DNA from: an uncultured virus (IMG/VR IMGVR_UViG_3300023184_002233)
Taxonomy: Duplodnaviria > Heunggongvirae > Uroviricota > Caudoviricetes
Virus record (IMG/VR): IMGVR_UViG_3300023184_002233
Strand: one strand, 5' to 3'
Length of the DNA stretch: 64,000 nt
The translations under genes were made by a program, and so were the position numbers. Numbering within the stretch: the stretch's first letter is position 1; every line of letters starts with the position of its first letter. Below the pieces are notes generated by a model that ran no database searches, was not told the DNA's origin, and saw only the letters and a list, made by a program, of their open reading frames with translations. Shown in pieces: positions 1-10,400 of the stretch.

Positions 1-36
1 AGAGGATCGCAACGACAATCAGGAGGATTTTGGTAA
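1..36 (+). CDS. 3' end of upstream gene (partial; ends ...SGGFW*), probably tail/baseplate protein
   Basis: Frame 1 reads RGSQRQSGGFW then TAA at 34-36, overlapping the next ATG (TAATG). Confidence 0.5.
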   Translation, partial: RGSQRQSGGFW

Positions 37-344
37 TGGCAACAAGTATCTACCCAGCAACCAGTCCGTATTATAATACAGACATATACAATAGTAACTT
101 TTTAGATGTAATGATAAATCGTACAATTCCAATGCAGCCTTCGGATATCTATTGGGAAATATCAACTGCATATGAATTTCGCCCTGACTTACTTGCATAT
201 GACTTGTATGCTGATAGTAGATTGTGGTGGGTATTTGCACAACGAAATCCAAATAGATTAAAAGATCCTTATTTTGATTTTGTAACAGGTGTGGGAATAT
301 ATTTACCTAAGTTAGATTTATTGAAACAAGTATTAGGTATATAA
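36..344 (+). CDS. Baseplate wedge protein, T4 gp53/LysM-like
   Basis: RPDLLAYDLY..SRLWWVFAQRN motif typical of gp53/tail-X LysM-like proteins; ATG at 36 with AGGAGG at 21-26; baseplate context. Confidence 0.75.
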   Translation: MATSIYPATSPYYNTDIYNSNFLDVMINRTIPMQPSDIYWEISTAYEFRPDLLAYDLYADSRLWWVFAQRNPNRLKDPYFDFVTGVGIYLPKLDLLKQVLGI

Positions 345-345
345 G

Positions 346-3300
346 ATGGCATCTTTTGATGAACTTAAGTCTCAAATAGCAGCATTAAGCAGTAAAGTAA
401 CTGAAATAGATGCACTAAAAGTGCCATTGGCAAATGAGATAGCTGCATTACAAAAAGAAGATCCATGCGGTCCCGGGTTCGCAGAAAAATTAGATGCGAT
501 AGATGCACAAGCAGCAAAAGTTAATGCAATGGCTCAAACGGCTAACGAGGACACAAGAGTGCTGATTGCTAATTTTGAAGATTCTAAAGGATTTTTTGGT
601 CTTAGTACAGCAAATACTGACACTATAAAATCTGAAATACAAACATTAATAACCCTTGTCAAAGACGGAAACGCTAGGATTAAAGAAATAACCGGCCCCG
701 GCCCTGTCAGAAAAGAGATGCGTGATAAACTCAATGCATGTCCCGGTGCTAAACCATCAATTGATAGTGCTGAAGCCAAAGCACCAGCAACAGATGCGCC
801 TGGTATACAGAAAGAAGCAGCAAAGACCAATGCTGAAGTAGTCGCCGGTGCTGCAAAAACTCCAGAACAAACTGACCAACAAAATAAACAATATGCTGCT
901 GGGGGAGGAGCCCAAGACGATAAAAGTAATCCACCACAACCAAAACTCTACAATGATGTAACGGTGAAAGCAGACGGAAGCCAGGCATTAGCCGATGTAG
1001 AAGTTGCTGGCAAAAAATTACCAGGCACCAAATCGGGTCCCAGAATACGTAAAAATCCTTTGGGTGATTTCAGCAGCTATACATATCAAATAACACTATA
1101 TATGATAACGCCAGACGCATATAATGCATTTGTTTTATCTGGTAAAAAAGATATAAATGCTTTTCAAAATGCATTGACTGCTGCTAATCAACGTATTGAT
1201 GCGGCAAACGCTAATACTATTGACAATAGTAATAGAGCCGGTGGTGCTGGGTCTGCTCCACAAGCAAAATTAACGGGAGGCGGCGGGGTATATGTAATTG
1301 CACAAAGCGGAGGAGTAGGCCCTGGCCAAAAACGAGCACCAACACTGGATTATGATTTTTATATAGACGATTTAAAAATTACACAAGCTATCAATTCAAA
1401 ATCTACGTTAACAAATACTAATACTACTACACTAAGTTTTACGGTAACAGAACCATATGGATTTTCATTTTTAACAAGACTACAAGAAGCGGCAAAAGAA
1501 TTAGCTACACTTTGTAAAATAAAAGGATATGCAGATTTAAAAAATCCATCAAAACAATTTTTTGTATTGGGGATTCAATTTTTAGGATATGATGTTAACG
1601 GCAAATTAATAAATTCAAAAGATATACCCGGAGCCGAAGGTGATCCTACTGCTAACTCATTTGGTTTATATCAAAGATTTTATGATATCTATATTACTAA
1701 ACTTACTTGGAAAATAGATGGCAGAAATGTAGTTTATTCTGTAGAAGCAGCTAACCTAGCTGATACCCCGTTTAAAACTAAACGAGGACTAGTACCACAC
1801 TCTCTCACTACTATAGGCAAAACTGTATATGATAATTTAAAAGGAGGACTACAGGTAGACAGTAATCAAAGTCAAGCTGAAGTTAATAGATTATCTAGAT
1901 CATCAAATAAATCAGTACCTCCTGATTCAGGAAATAATATAGGATTGATTACTGCCTTAAATAACTTTGAAAAAAGCATGGTTGGAAATGCCATTGAAAT
2001 AGCAAATGAATGGGATGTAAAATTTATAGGTGACGCAGAAACATATATTAAAACTGCATTAATGGTTACCCCAAATGATTTGAATAAACATAGATGGGGA
2101 AGAAACCCCGAAGTAACTACTACCAAACAATCACATGATGGTACTTCTGCAAAAACCACCGGACTCCCAGACCCCAATTCAAGAATGGTTCAGGTTCAGA
2201 ATGGTACTATGATTCTGCAAGCAATTAATTCTATCATTACACAAAGTACTTTTATGACAGAAGCTATGCAGTTGATGTATCAGGAAAATAAAGAACTTGT
2301 AATAAATCCAAACAAAGAAGCCAAAATTGCATTATGGTACATGGTTACCGCACAAATAGAAGTTTTGGGATGGGATAATAAAGTAGGAGACTTTGCACTA
2401 AAAACTACATATATAATTGAAACATATGATACCCCAATGGCGTTAAGTACCTCTATTGGCAATACCACTCCATATTACGGACCGCATAAACGATATGACT
2501 ATTGGTTTACTGGAGAAAATAGTGAAATTATAAAGTATGAACAATCTTTGGATAATAATTATTTTATTAATTCACTAACAGCGCCCGGGACCGATGCCTC
2601 ACAGGGGGGGAAAGCTGATGTAGTTACTAAACAGGGACGTCCTACGAATGGAATAAAACAAGGGGGAGAAAATCAATCACTAGAGGTACAAAATAATTAT
2701 ATTACAAATTTAACTGATCCGGGGTCATGGTCAGAAGTTAAACTATCAATTATAGGTGATCCGGATTATTTAATGCAAACTTCAACTTCAAGTATTTCTC
2801 AAGTATATAGCAAATTTAATGGCTCAGATGGCTTTACTATAAATCCAAATGGTGGACAAGTATATATTGAAATAAATTTTAGAGAACCAAAAGACTACAA
2901 TACTAATACTGGATTAATGAATATTAATCAAAGCATAATATTTTGGAAATATCCTGACTATGTTCAAAAAGATATAGATAGTAGAGGTGGCGGCATAAGT
3001 TATATGCTTTATGACGTAGTAAGTAGGTTTAGTAAAGGTAAATTTGAACAAGACCTGACAGGAACTATTGGTACATTTAATAGCGCAAAGCCAGTAAAGG
3101 CTTCAGAACAGGCTGCTAATCCAATGTCACGAGACCCTGCTCAACGAGCGGCCGCAGCCGCAGCTGCCGCAGGAGGAAATCAATCTCAGGTTGACACAAA
3201 TAGATTAAATAGAAGTTCTAATGCAAGTGTTCCTACTATAGCAGATGGTACAGGTGTATCACCATTAACACCATCTACTGCATTGGCAGCAGCTTCTACG

Positions 3301-3441
3301 TTTGTGGCCACGGCACAACAAGCAGAAGTAGCATTGCTTAACTCTAACGTATTGAATCCTATGCAAAAAATTTCACAAAATCAAACTATAACTATTACTA
3401 CAAAAAATGGACAAGTTGCAGACGGTGACGCGGGACCTTAA
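346..3441 (+). CDS. Baseplate hub / tail-associated structural protein (gp27-like) with helical N-terminal extension
   Basis: 1031 aa; motifs NPL..FSSYTY.ITL, FTVTEPYGFSF, YDYWFTGEN, IIGDPDYL, F..GKFEQ.L; position between gp53-like and gp5-like genes. Confidence 0.6.
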   Translation: MASFDELKSQIAALSSKVTEIDALKVPLANEIAALQKEDPCGPGFAEKLDAIDAQAAKVNAMAQTANEDTRVLIANFEDSKGFFGLSTANTDTIKSEIQTLITLVKDGNARIKEITGPGPVRKEMRDKLNACPGAKPSIDSAEAKAPATDAPGIQKEAAKTNAEVVAGAAKTPEQTDQQNKQYAAGGGAQDDKSNPPQPKLYNDVTVKADGSQALADVEVAGKKLPGTKSGPRIRKNPLGDFSSYTYQITLYMITPDAYNAFVLSGKKDINAFQNALTAANQRIDAANANTIDNSNRAGGAGSAPQAKLTGGGGVYVIAQSGGVGPGQKRAPTLDYDFYIDDLKITQAINSKSTLTNTNTTTLSFTVTEPYGFSFLTRLQEAAKELATLCKIKGYADLKNPSKQFFVLGIQFLGYDVNGKLINSKDIPGAEGDPTANSFGLYQRFYDIYITKLTWKIDGRNVVYSVEAANLADTPFKTKRGLVPHSLTTIGKTVYDNLKGGLQVDSNQSQAEVNRLSRSSNKSVPPDSGNNIGLITALNNFEKSMVGNAIEIANEWDVKFIGDAETYIKTALMVTPNDLNKHRWGRNPEVTTTKQSHDGTSAKTTGLPDPNSRMVQVQNGTMILQAINSIITQSTFMTEAMQLMYQENKELVINPNKEAKIALWYMVTAQIEVLGWDNKVGDFALKTTYIIETYDTPMALSTSIGNTTPYYGPHKRYDYWFTGENSEIIKYEQSLDNNYFINSLTAPGTDASQGGKADVVTKQGRPTNGIKQGGENQSLEVQNNYITNLTDPGSWSEVKLSIIGDPDYLMQTSTSSISQVYSKFNGSDGFTINPNGGQVYIEINFREPKDYNTNTGLMNINQSIIFWKYPDYVQKDIDSRGGGISYMLYDVVSRFSKGKFEQDLTGTIGTFNSAKPVKASEQAANPMSRDPAQRAAAAAAAAGGNQSQVDTNRLNRSSNASVPTIADGTGVSPLTPSTALAAASTFVATAQQAEVALLNSNVLNPMQKISQNQTITITTKNGQVADGDAGP

Positions 3442-3464
3442 CGAATAATTAATAATTTAAATAT

Positions 3465-6400
3465 ATGGCAACCGATAATTTTAAACCAACTGGACAAGTA
3501 AAAAACTTTAAGAATGACTCTGGCGGCGGAGTTGTTCGTAATAGCCCCATCATTGGTGTTGTAAAAAACAATATTGATCCTAACCGCAGCGGCAGAATTG
3601 ATGTATATATTGCAGACTTTGGCGGGCTTGATCCAAATGATAGCAAAAGCTGGACAACTGTAGGATACATGAGCCCGTTTTTAGGTAGCACTAGACCAAG
3701 CGGACCCAATGGAGAAAAAGATTATGGAAGCTATACGCAGAACCCAAGTTCATATGGTATGTGGTATAGTCCCCCTGATATTGGTAGTACTGTAGTTTGT
3801 ATCTTTATCAATGGTGATATAAACTATGGATACTACATTGGTAGTATTATTAATCCGGAATTGTTGCAAATGGTTCCTGCTATTGGAACCAACACACTAT
3901 CTAGTCCAGTAATATTCAACGGAGGTGAAGCAACTAGTTATGGTGGAGCAACACAATTACCTGTCACTAATTTAAATACAAACAATGCAAAAGTTAGAGA
4001 TGGTGCAGGGTTTTTAGATGCACCAAAACCAGTACATAGTTACGCAGCTTCTATATATTTTCAACAAGGTTTACTTAGAGATCCAGTAAGAGGCCCAGTG
4101 TCAAGTAGTGCATTACGTGAATCACCTTCAAGGGTTGGATGGGGTGTCAGTACACCCGGTAGACCTATATACCAAGGTGGATTTACTGATGATACAATTC
4201 TTAAACAATCAGGATCAAAAGACGCTGACGCTTTAAAAATTGTTGCACGTAGAGCCGGACATACATTAGTTATGGATGACGGTGATGTAGTTGGTAAAGA
4301 TCAATCCATTAGACTTAGAACATCATTAGGGCATCAAATATTAATGAGTGATGATGGACAAACATTATTCATCATTCATAGTAATGGACAAAGTTATATT
4401 GAATTAGGTAAAGAGGGTACAATTGATATGTACTCTACTAACAGTGTAAACATTAGAACACAGGGTGATTTAAATTTACATGCCGATAATAATATAAACA
4501 TCAATGCTAAAAAAGATTTAAACATCGCCGCCGATAATATTAAAATAAATTCCACTAATAATTATGATGTAAGAGTTGGAAAAAACTATAGTGGTTACAC
4601 AATGGGCAAGTATACTGTTAAAGTTAATGGATCAATGAGTATGGCTACTGCCGGCGAAGGATCTTATGCTGCCGGTCAACTAATGTATATTAATGGAGAC
4701 AAGATTAATCTAAATACCGGAGCTACTTCAAATCCTCCTGCTGAAGTGCCACTAATTCCTCAAGTTGCACATACTGATACATTGGGTGATAAGAGTAAGG
4801 GATATGCAGCAGCCCCAGGATATTTATTATCTATTGTTAGTCGTGCTCCTGCACATGCGCCATGGGCAAGTGCTGGGCAAGGGGTAGATGTTAAAGTAAC
4901 AACCAGTGCAAGTGCTGGGTTGCCTGCACCACCCACGCCGGCAACCGCAGCAGCAAATACAGCATCAGCATCAACTGCTCCTGCCAATCCAGCAAGTGCA
5001 TCAACATTATCAACTGTACCGGGAACCGGCGCAGCAAGTAGCGCATTAACTTCGGGTGTAACCGCTGGATTAGTAGGTGCAGCAGCAAGTTCAGCAGCCG
5101 GCACCGCTGCCTCAGTAGTAGCAACAGGATCAGGTGTTATAAAAGATGCAACAGGTAAGATTAATGCCGCAGTTGGATCATTAGCACAAACCCCTCAACA
5201 ATTAGAAGCTGCCGGTGTAATCAAACCAGGAGCCGCAGCATTAGTAACCGGATTAGTTCAGAATGGTTCTAATGTAGCTGCTGCTATGACAAATAATTTG
5301 TTTACCGGTGCAGCCGGTGCAGAGACTCTTAACAAAATTTCTACTAACGTTGCTGCACAAGTTGATGTGGCTAAAGCTAATTTACAACAAGCACAAACTG
5401 CATTGACTAAGGTTGGTGCAATTACCGGCGGAGAATCAGCAGGTACTATAGCAGGAATGGTATCAGCAGCATCAGCAGTTGGAGTTGGTCCAACTGCCGA
5501 CTTTGTTAAAAATGCAGCTAGTAGTGCAACAAGCGCGGTCACAAGTGCATTGGGAGACGTAACAAAACTTACATCAACTATAGGAAACGCAGTATCTAGT
5601 GCAATGGCTGGCGGAAATCTTGCAACTAATTTAGCAACAAATGTAACAGGCAAGTTAACTTCTATAACTGCTGGGGTAGAAGGTATGTTAGGTAAAGTAG
5701 GAGAAGGGGTAGCAAGTTTAGCTGACAAAGCCAAAGGAATATCAGGTGCAGCCTTTTCAGCAATTACAGGTTCATTCAAGAACTTTGCCCCGGGTATACC
5801 ACAAAATTTAGCAGCTATCGCAGAAAAAAATGCAGCGGCATTGGCTGCCGGAGCGTCTGGGTTAGGTGGAATTGCTGACGCAGCTAAGGGTGTTACTAAT
5901 TTAACTGGCTCAATTACTAGTGGCGGATCCTCTCTTTTATCCGGCATAGGTAGTGCAGTCGCCGGCGCTGCAGGATCAGCATTAAATGCTGTAACCGGTG
6001 CTGCAGGAATAGCAGGAAAACTAGTAGACGGTGCAACATCAACACTTGGCGGTCTAGCGTCCGGTGTAGCAGGTGGGGTTAGTAATATAGTATCGGGCGC
6101 AGCTAACGCTGTAACTAATGTAGCATCTGGAATAGCAAATGGAGCATCTTCTATTGCTAGCAGCATAGCTAGCGGAGTAAGTAATTTGGCAGGCGGACAA
6201 AATGCAATAGCAGCAATAACAAATGCTGCTTCTTCTGCTAGTAATCTGCCTCCTGGTATAGCAGGCATTGGAAATATGGCAAAAACATTATCAACTGCTG
6301 CACAAAATGGTATGAACCCGGCAGCTGCATTAAACAGTACAATCACATCAGCAACCGCTGCTGCATCCGCAGCAGCAGGGGACGTATTAGGCAAGGTAGC

Positions 6401-6929
6401 CGGCGGTTCCGGAGCATTAGCCGGCGCCCTAGCAGCAGGAAAAGATAAACTATCTTCTCTTGCTAGTGCAGGATTGCCACCGGGACTGGCAGCACAGTTA
6501 GCATCAAATATCAATTCACTTAACACAGCAGGTGCTGACCCAATAAAAATGCCAAGCATTGGGTTAGGTACAGTAGATAGAAGTGAGTTAGAGGCTTCAA
6601 TTAAAGCAGGCTTGGGGGACAAAAAAATAGCATTACCAAACTTCTCGGGTGCTGTTTCTGCTGAAGCAACAGATGCTGTGAAAAAGCTAGCTGACCGTAA
6701 AGAAGGATTTAATAAATTAAAAGCAGAACTTGATATCCCGTTAACGGCTCAACGTTCTATAACCGATGCTGCTCTTGCAAAGTATGAAGAGGCTAAAAAA
6801 TCTTTACCTGAAGGTGATCCTGAAAGAGAAAGATTAAGAGTAGCTGCTATGGTTGAAGTAGACAAGGGCGGAGCAATAATGATGGCAAATCTAGAAAAAT
6901 TGCGAGAATATACTACTTCTGCTGCATAA
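3465..6929 (+). CDS. Baseplate central spike, gp5/VgrG-like, with long Ala/Gly/Ser/Thr-rich C-terminal extension
   Basis: N-terminal DP..SGRI.V OB-fold-like segment, YGMW..PPD.G..V, GH.(L/I).MDD beta-helix-type repeats, RAPAHAPW; lies directly before gp25-like gene. Confidence 0.75.
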   Translation: MATDNFKPTGQVKNFKNDSGGGVVRNSPIIGVVKNNIDPNRSGRIDVYIADFGGLDPNDSKSWTTVGYMSPFLGSTRPSGPNGEKDYGSYTQNPSSYGMWYSPPDIGSTVVCIFINGDINYGYYIGSIINPELLQMVPAIGTNTLSSPVIFNGGEATSYGGATQLPVTNLNTNNAKVRDGAGFLDAPKPVHSYAASIYFQQGLLRDPVRGPVSSSALRESPSRVGWGVSTPGRPIYQGGFTDDTILKQSGSKDADALKIVARRAGHTLVMDDGDVVGKDQSIRLRTSLGHQILMSDDGQTLFIIHSNGQSYIELGKEGTIDMYSTNSVNIRTQGDLNLHADNNININAKKDLNIAADNIKINSTNNYDVRVGKNYSGYTMGKYTVKVNGSMSMATAGEGSYAAGQLMYINGDKINLNTGATSNPPAEVPLIPQVAHTDTLGDKSKGYAAAPGYLLSIVSRAPAHAPWASAGQGVDVKVTTSASAGLPAPPTPATAAANTASASTAPANPASASTLSTVPGTGAASSALTSGVTAGLVGAAASSAAGTAASVVATGSGVIKDATGKINAAVGSLAQTPQQLEAAGVIKPGAAALVTGLVQNGSNVAAAMTNNLFTGAAGAETLNKISTNVAAQVDVAKANLQQAQTALTKVGAITGGESAGTIAGMVSAASAVGVGPTADFVKNAASSATSAVTSALGDVTKLTSTIGNAVSSAMAGGNLATNLATNVTGKLTSITAGVEGMLGKVGEGVASLADKAKGISGAAFSAITGSFKNFAPGIPQNLAAIAEKNAAALAAGASGLGGIADAAKGVTNLTGSITSGGSSLLSGIGSAVAGAAGSALNAVTGAAGIAGKLVDGATSTLGGLASGVAGGVSNIVSGAANAVTNVASGIANGASSIASSIASGVSNLAGGQNAIAAITNAASSASNLPPGIAGIGNMAKTLSTAAQNGMNPAAALNSTITSATAAASAAAGDVLGKVAGGSGALAGALAAGKDKLSSLASAGLPPGLAAQLASNINSLNTAGADPIKMPSIGLGTVDRSELEASIKAGLGDKKIALPNFSGAVSAEATDAVKKLADRKEGFNKLKAELDIPLTAQRSITDAALAKYEEAKKSLPEGDPERERLRVAAMVEVDKGGAIMMANLEKLREYTTSAA

Positions 6930-6933
6930 GCTA

Positions 6934-6940
6934 ATAAATA
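6934..6940 (+). promoter_or_regulatory. Putative T4-type late promoter box ATAAATA
   Basis: Intergenic, 16 nt upstream of ATG 6957; motif recurs before other late genes. Confidence 0.55.
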
Positions 6941-6956
6941 CATTACAGGATAAAAT

Positions 6957-7406
6957 ATGCCAGCATACATAGGATATAGTTCAATAAACGGATCTCAACC
7001 AAGGTCTACTAACCTCCCGTTTGGTACCGCCGGCGGGGTAGGATCAATGGTTGCCCCCGTCATAGTTGGGAATAAGTTTCAATTAGTAGATACTCCACTA
7101 GTTGTACAAGATTTTATCAATGCATTAAACATACAAAAAGGTCAAAAAGTAGGTAATCCAGGATACGGAACTACTCTTTGGACGTTTGTTTTTGAACCAA
7201 ATACACCAGACACTCAATTTCAACTTGAAAGCGAAATACGCAGAGTTGCTAGTCAAGATCCTAGAATGATATTAAATTCTGTATATTCTTATCCTCAAGA
7301 AAATGGAATTTTGATTGAATTAGAGATGGCTATCGCACCATTTAATAATGCATTTGATTTGAATGTATTCTTTGATAATTCAACAAATCAAGCAGTTTTA
7401 CAATAA
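6957..7406 (+). CDS. Baseplate protein, gp25/GPW-like (sheath initiator)
   Basis: 149 aa; I.KG.KVGNP.YGT.LW.FVFEP and DPR motifs; between spike and wedge. Confidence 0.85.
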   Translation: MPAYIGYSSINGSQPRSTNLPFGTAGGVGSMVAPVIVGNKFQLVDTPLVVQDFINALNIQKGQKVGNPGYGTTLWTFVFEPNTPDTQFQLESEIRRVASQDPRMILNSVYSYPQENGILIELEMAIAPFNNAFDLNVFFDNSTNQAVLQ

Positions 7407-7434
7407 CCCTAAAAAACCCTAGTTCTCAGGTATG

Positions 7435-7441
7435 ATAAATA
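7435..7441 (+). promoter_or_regulatory. Putative late promoter box ATAAATA
   Basis: Intergenic, 17 nt upstream of ATG 7459. Confidence 0.55.
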
Positions 7442-7458
7442 CTTAAAAGAGAATACTT

Positions 7459-10400
7459 ATGGCTACAAGTTCAAGACAATCAGCATTATTCGGGGTAAAT
7501 GACTGGAAAGCCATTTATCAAACCTTCCAACAGGCCGACTTTAGAAGTTATGATTATGAAACATTACGCAAGACTTTTATAGATTACTTGCGTATATATT
7601 ATCCCGAAACGTTCAATGACTACATTGAAAGTTCAGAATTCATTGCTTTATTAGATGTTATTGCGTTTATGGGACAGGGTCTTGCCTTCCGTAATGACTT
7701 AAATGCCCGTGAAAATTTCATGGATACGGCTGAACGTAGAGATTCAGTTATCAAATTAGCTAATCTAGTAAGCTATACACCCAAACGAAATCTTACTTCA
7801 CAGGGTTATTTAAAAGTCACTAGTATCAGCACTACACAAAATATTACAGATTTGAATGGATTTAACTTAAGCAATACTACAATATTGTGGAATGATCCTG
7901 CAAATTCATATTGGTTAGAACAATATAATACCATTATTAATGCTGCTTTAGTAAACACACAACGAGTTGGTGTGCCAGGTAATTCAGCACAGATTCTTGG
8001 AGTTAAGACAGACGAATATACTATACAAATCCCTGCAGGTAGCTTGCCTGCAATTCCGTTTTCAAATAATGTGAACGGAATGAATATGAATTTTGAATTG
8101 TGTAGTGTAACTACTGTTGGTGAAGATTATGTTTATGAATTGCCACCTGCACCCACAAACAGATTCAATATGTTATATCGTAATGACAAACTTGGTTACG
8201 GTAGTCCAAATACTGGATTCTTCTTTTATTTCAAACAAGGCACGTTGCAAAACTTTGATTTTGTTTTACAAAATCAAATATCTAATCAAACAATTGATAT
8301 AGATATTCAAGGGGTTAACAATACCGATACTTGGTTATATCAAATAAGCCAGGCAAATGGATTGTTTGGATTGTGGAAACAAGTAGAAAATGTTTATGCA
8401 AATGCATATCTTCAAAGAGAAGCCAGTATCAATAAAATATTTTCAGTTGGTAGTGGGTTTAATGATCAAGTAAGTTATATATTTGGTGATGGAGTTTTTA
8501 GTGAAATACCAGTGGGTAATTTTAGAGCATATGTTCGTGCAGGCAACGCATTAACATATACGATTGACCCAACACAAATGCAAGGCATTAGTGTTAACAT
8601 CAACTATGTAAGTAGAGTTGGTCGTATTGAAACATTAACACTTCAGCTAGCATTACAACTTCCTGTGTCAAATGCACAAGTTCGTGAATCATTGGCTGAT
8701 ATTAAACAACGTGCTCCAAGTCGTTATTATACTCAAAATCGCATGGTTAATGGAGAAGATTATAATAACTTCCCATACACCTTGTATAGTTCAATTATTA
8801 AATCAAAAGCTATCAATCGTAGTAGTGTTGGTATAAGTAAGAATTTAGATTTATTAGATCCGACTGGAAAATATTCTAGTACAAATAGTTTTGCAAATGA
8901 CGGTGGAATATATTTGAACAACAATGAGGGTAATGCATTATTAGTTGTTAATAGTACCAGTGATATTATTACTTTCTTAACCGGAACACTAACTACTATA
9001 TTACAAGATAATAGGTCTTTGCAATATTATCTTCAATATTATACAAGATATAATATCAATACTGCATCGGGCGATGGTACTACCTATTGGCAAACCAAAA
9101 CAGTTAATGCTAATAGTATGACTGGTTATTTTTATAACATTGTTAACGGCGGAGAGAATCCAATACCAGTTGGAACTTACTCAACATACAATGCAAAGTA
9201 CATAACAAAAGGCGCAATGCTAAAATTTACAGCACCGGCTGGTTATTATTTTGATGTTAACAATAGATTAGTAAATGGTGTCGCTGGCCCATCCGACGCT
9301 ACATACATTTGGACTACTGTATTAAATGTAGTAGGTGACGGATATAATAATGGTGCAGGTGCATTTGCTAATGGCACCGGTCCAATAACATTAAATGCTT
9401 ATATTCCAACAGACGCAATCTTGTCCCTTGTTATCCCGTCATTTAGTAATTCATTGCCTAATTCTGTAATCAATGAGTGTATGACTCGTATTGATTTACA
9501 ACAAGATTTTTCATTAGTATTCAATAACTCATTAACTATTGCACAAAATCGTTGGAGTGTTGAAGCATATAATGCAAATAATTATTTTGTTAATTTTAAT
9601 AGTACGGGATACAATAGATATACAGTAACATATCGTTCATTGATTTATTATTTTGGTAGCGTGGCAGATACTAGATTTACTTATGAAGCAGGCAAATTAG
9701 TATATGATCCATTTACCGGTAAGATACTACAAGATTATGTAAATATGTTAGTAACAAATACTCAACCAAATTCTAACTATCCGTTAAACCAAGCTATTGT
9801 AGCTAGCATTATTGGACAAACAGTTCAATCAAATGGATATATAAATGATTTTGAAGTTGAAGTTGCATGTATTGATACAAACGATAGAACCATAATACAA
9901 AATCCAGATTTCTTTAATGAAGTTACTGGGTATGTTACTGGTAATACCAATATTGGTATCTATGCGTTCTTTGAAGAAGTTCAAGATGCTATCAACTTAA
10001 CTAGTTATCAATTGATAGCATCATCTGATGTGATATATCAATATCCAACACAAACTCAAGTAGAAGTTGTAAAATATGAATATCCGGTTGGTCAACTATT
10101 CTATGCTTACACAGATAATGTATTTTATATAACTGTACAAGATCCTACAATTATTACTCCCTATTATACTTTAGTTGCACAACCACAATATAGTATGAAA
10201 CCTGGTCGTCAAGGATTACAATTCCAATATCGTCATAACAGTAATAACACTACTCGTATTGATCCTGCCACAACTAATATTATTGATTTATACGTAGTTA
10301 CACAAGCATATTATACTCAGTATCAAAATTGGATACAAGATACAACTGACACGGTTCCTATACCAACTAGACCCACTATAAATGAGTTAAGTCAAAGTTA

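Noticed and set aside
5258..6622. 454-aa minus-strand ORF (and 4760-5104)
   Set aside because: Antisense shadow of Ala/Gly/Ser-rich codons in the spike gene; no motif, and all credible genes are on the + strand.
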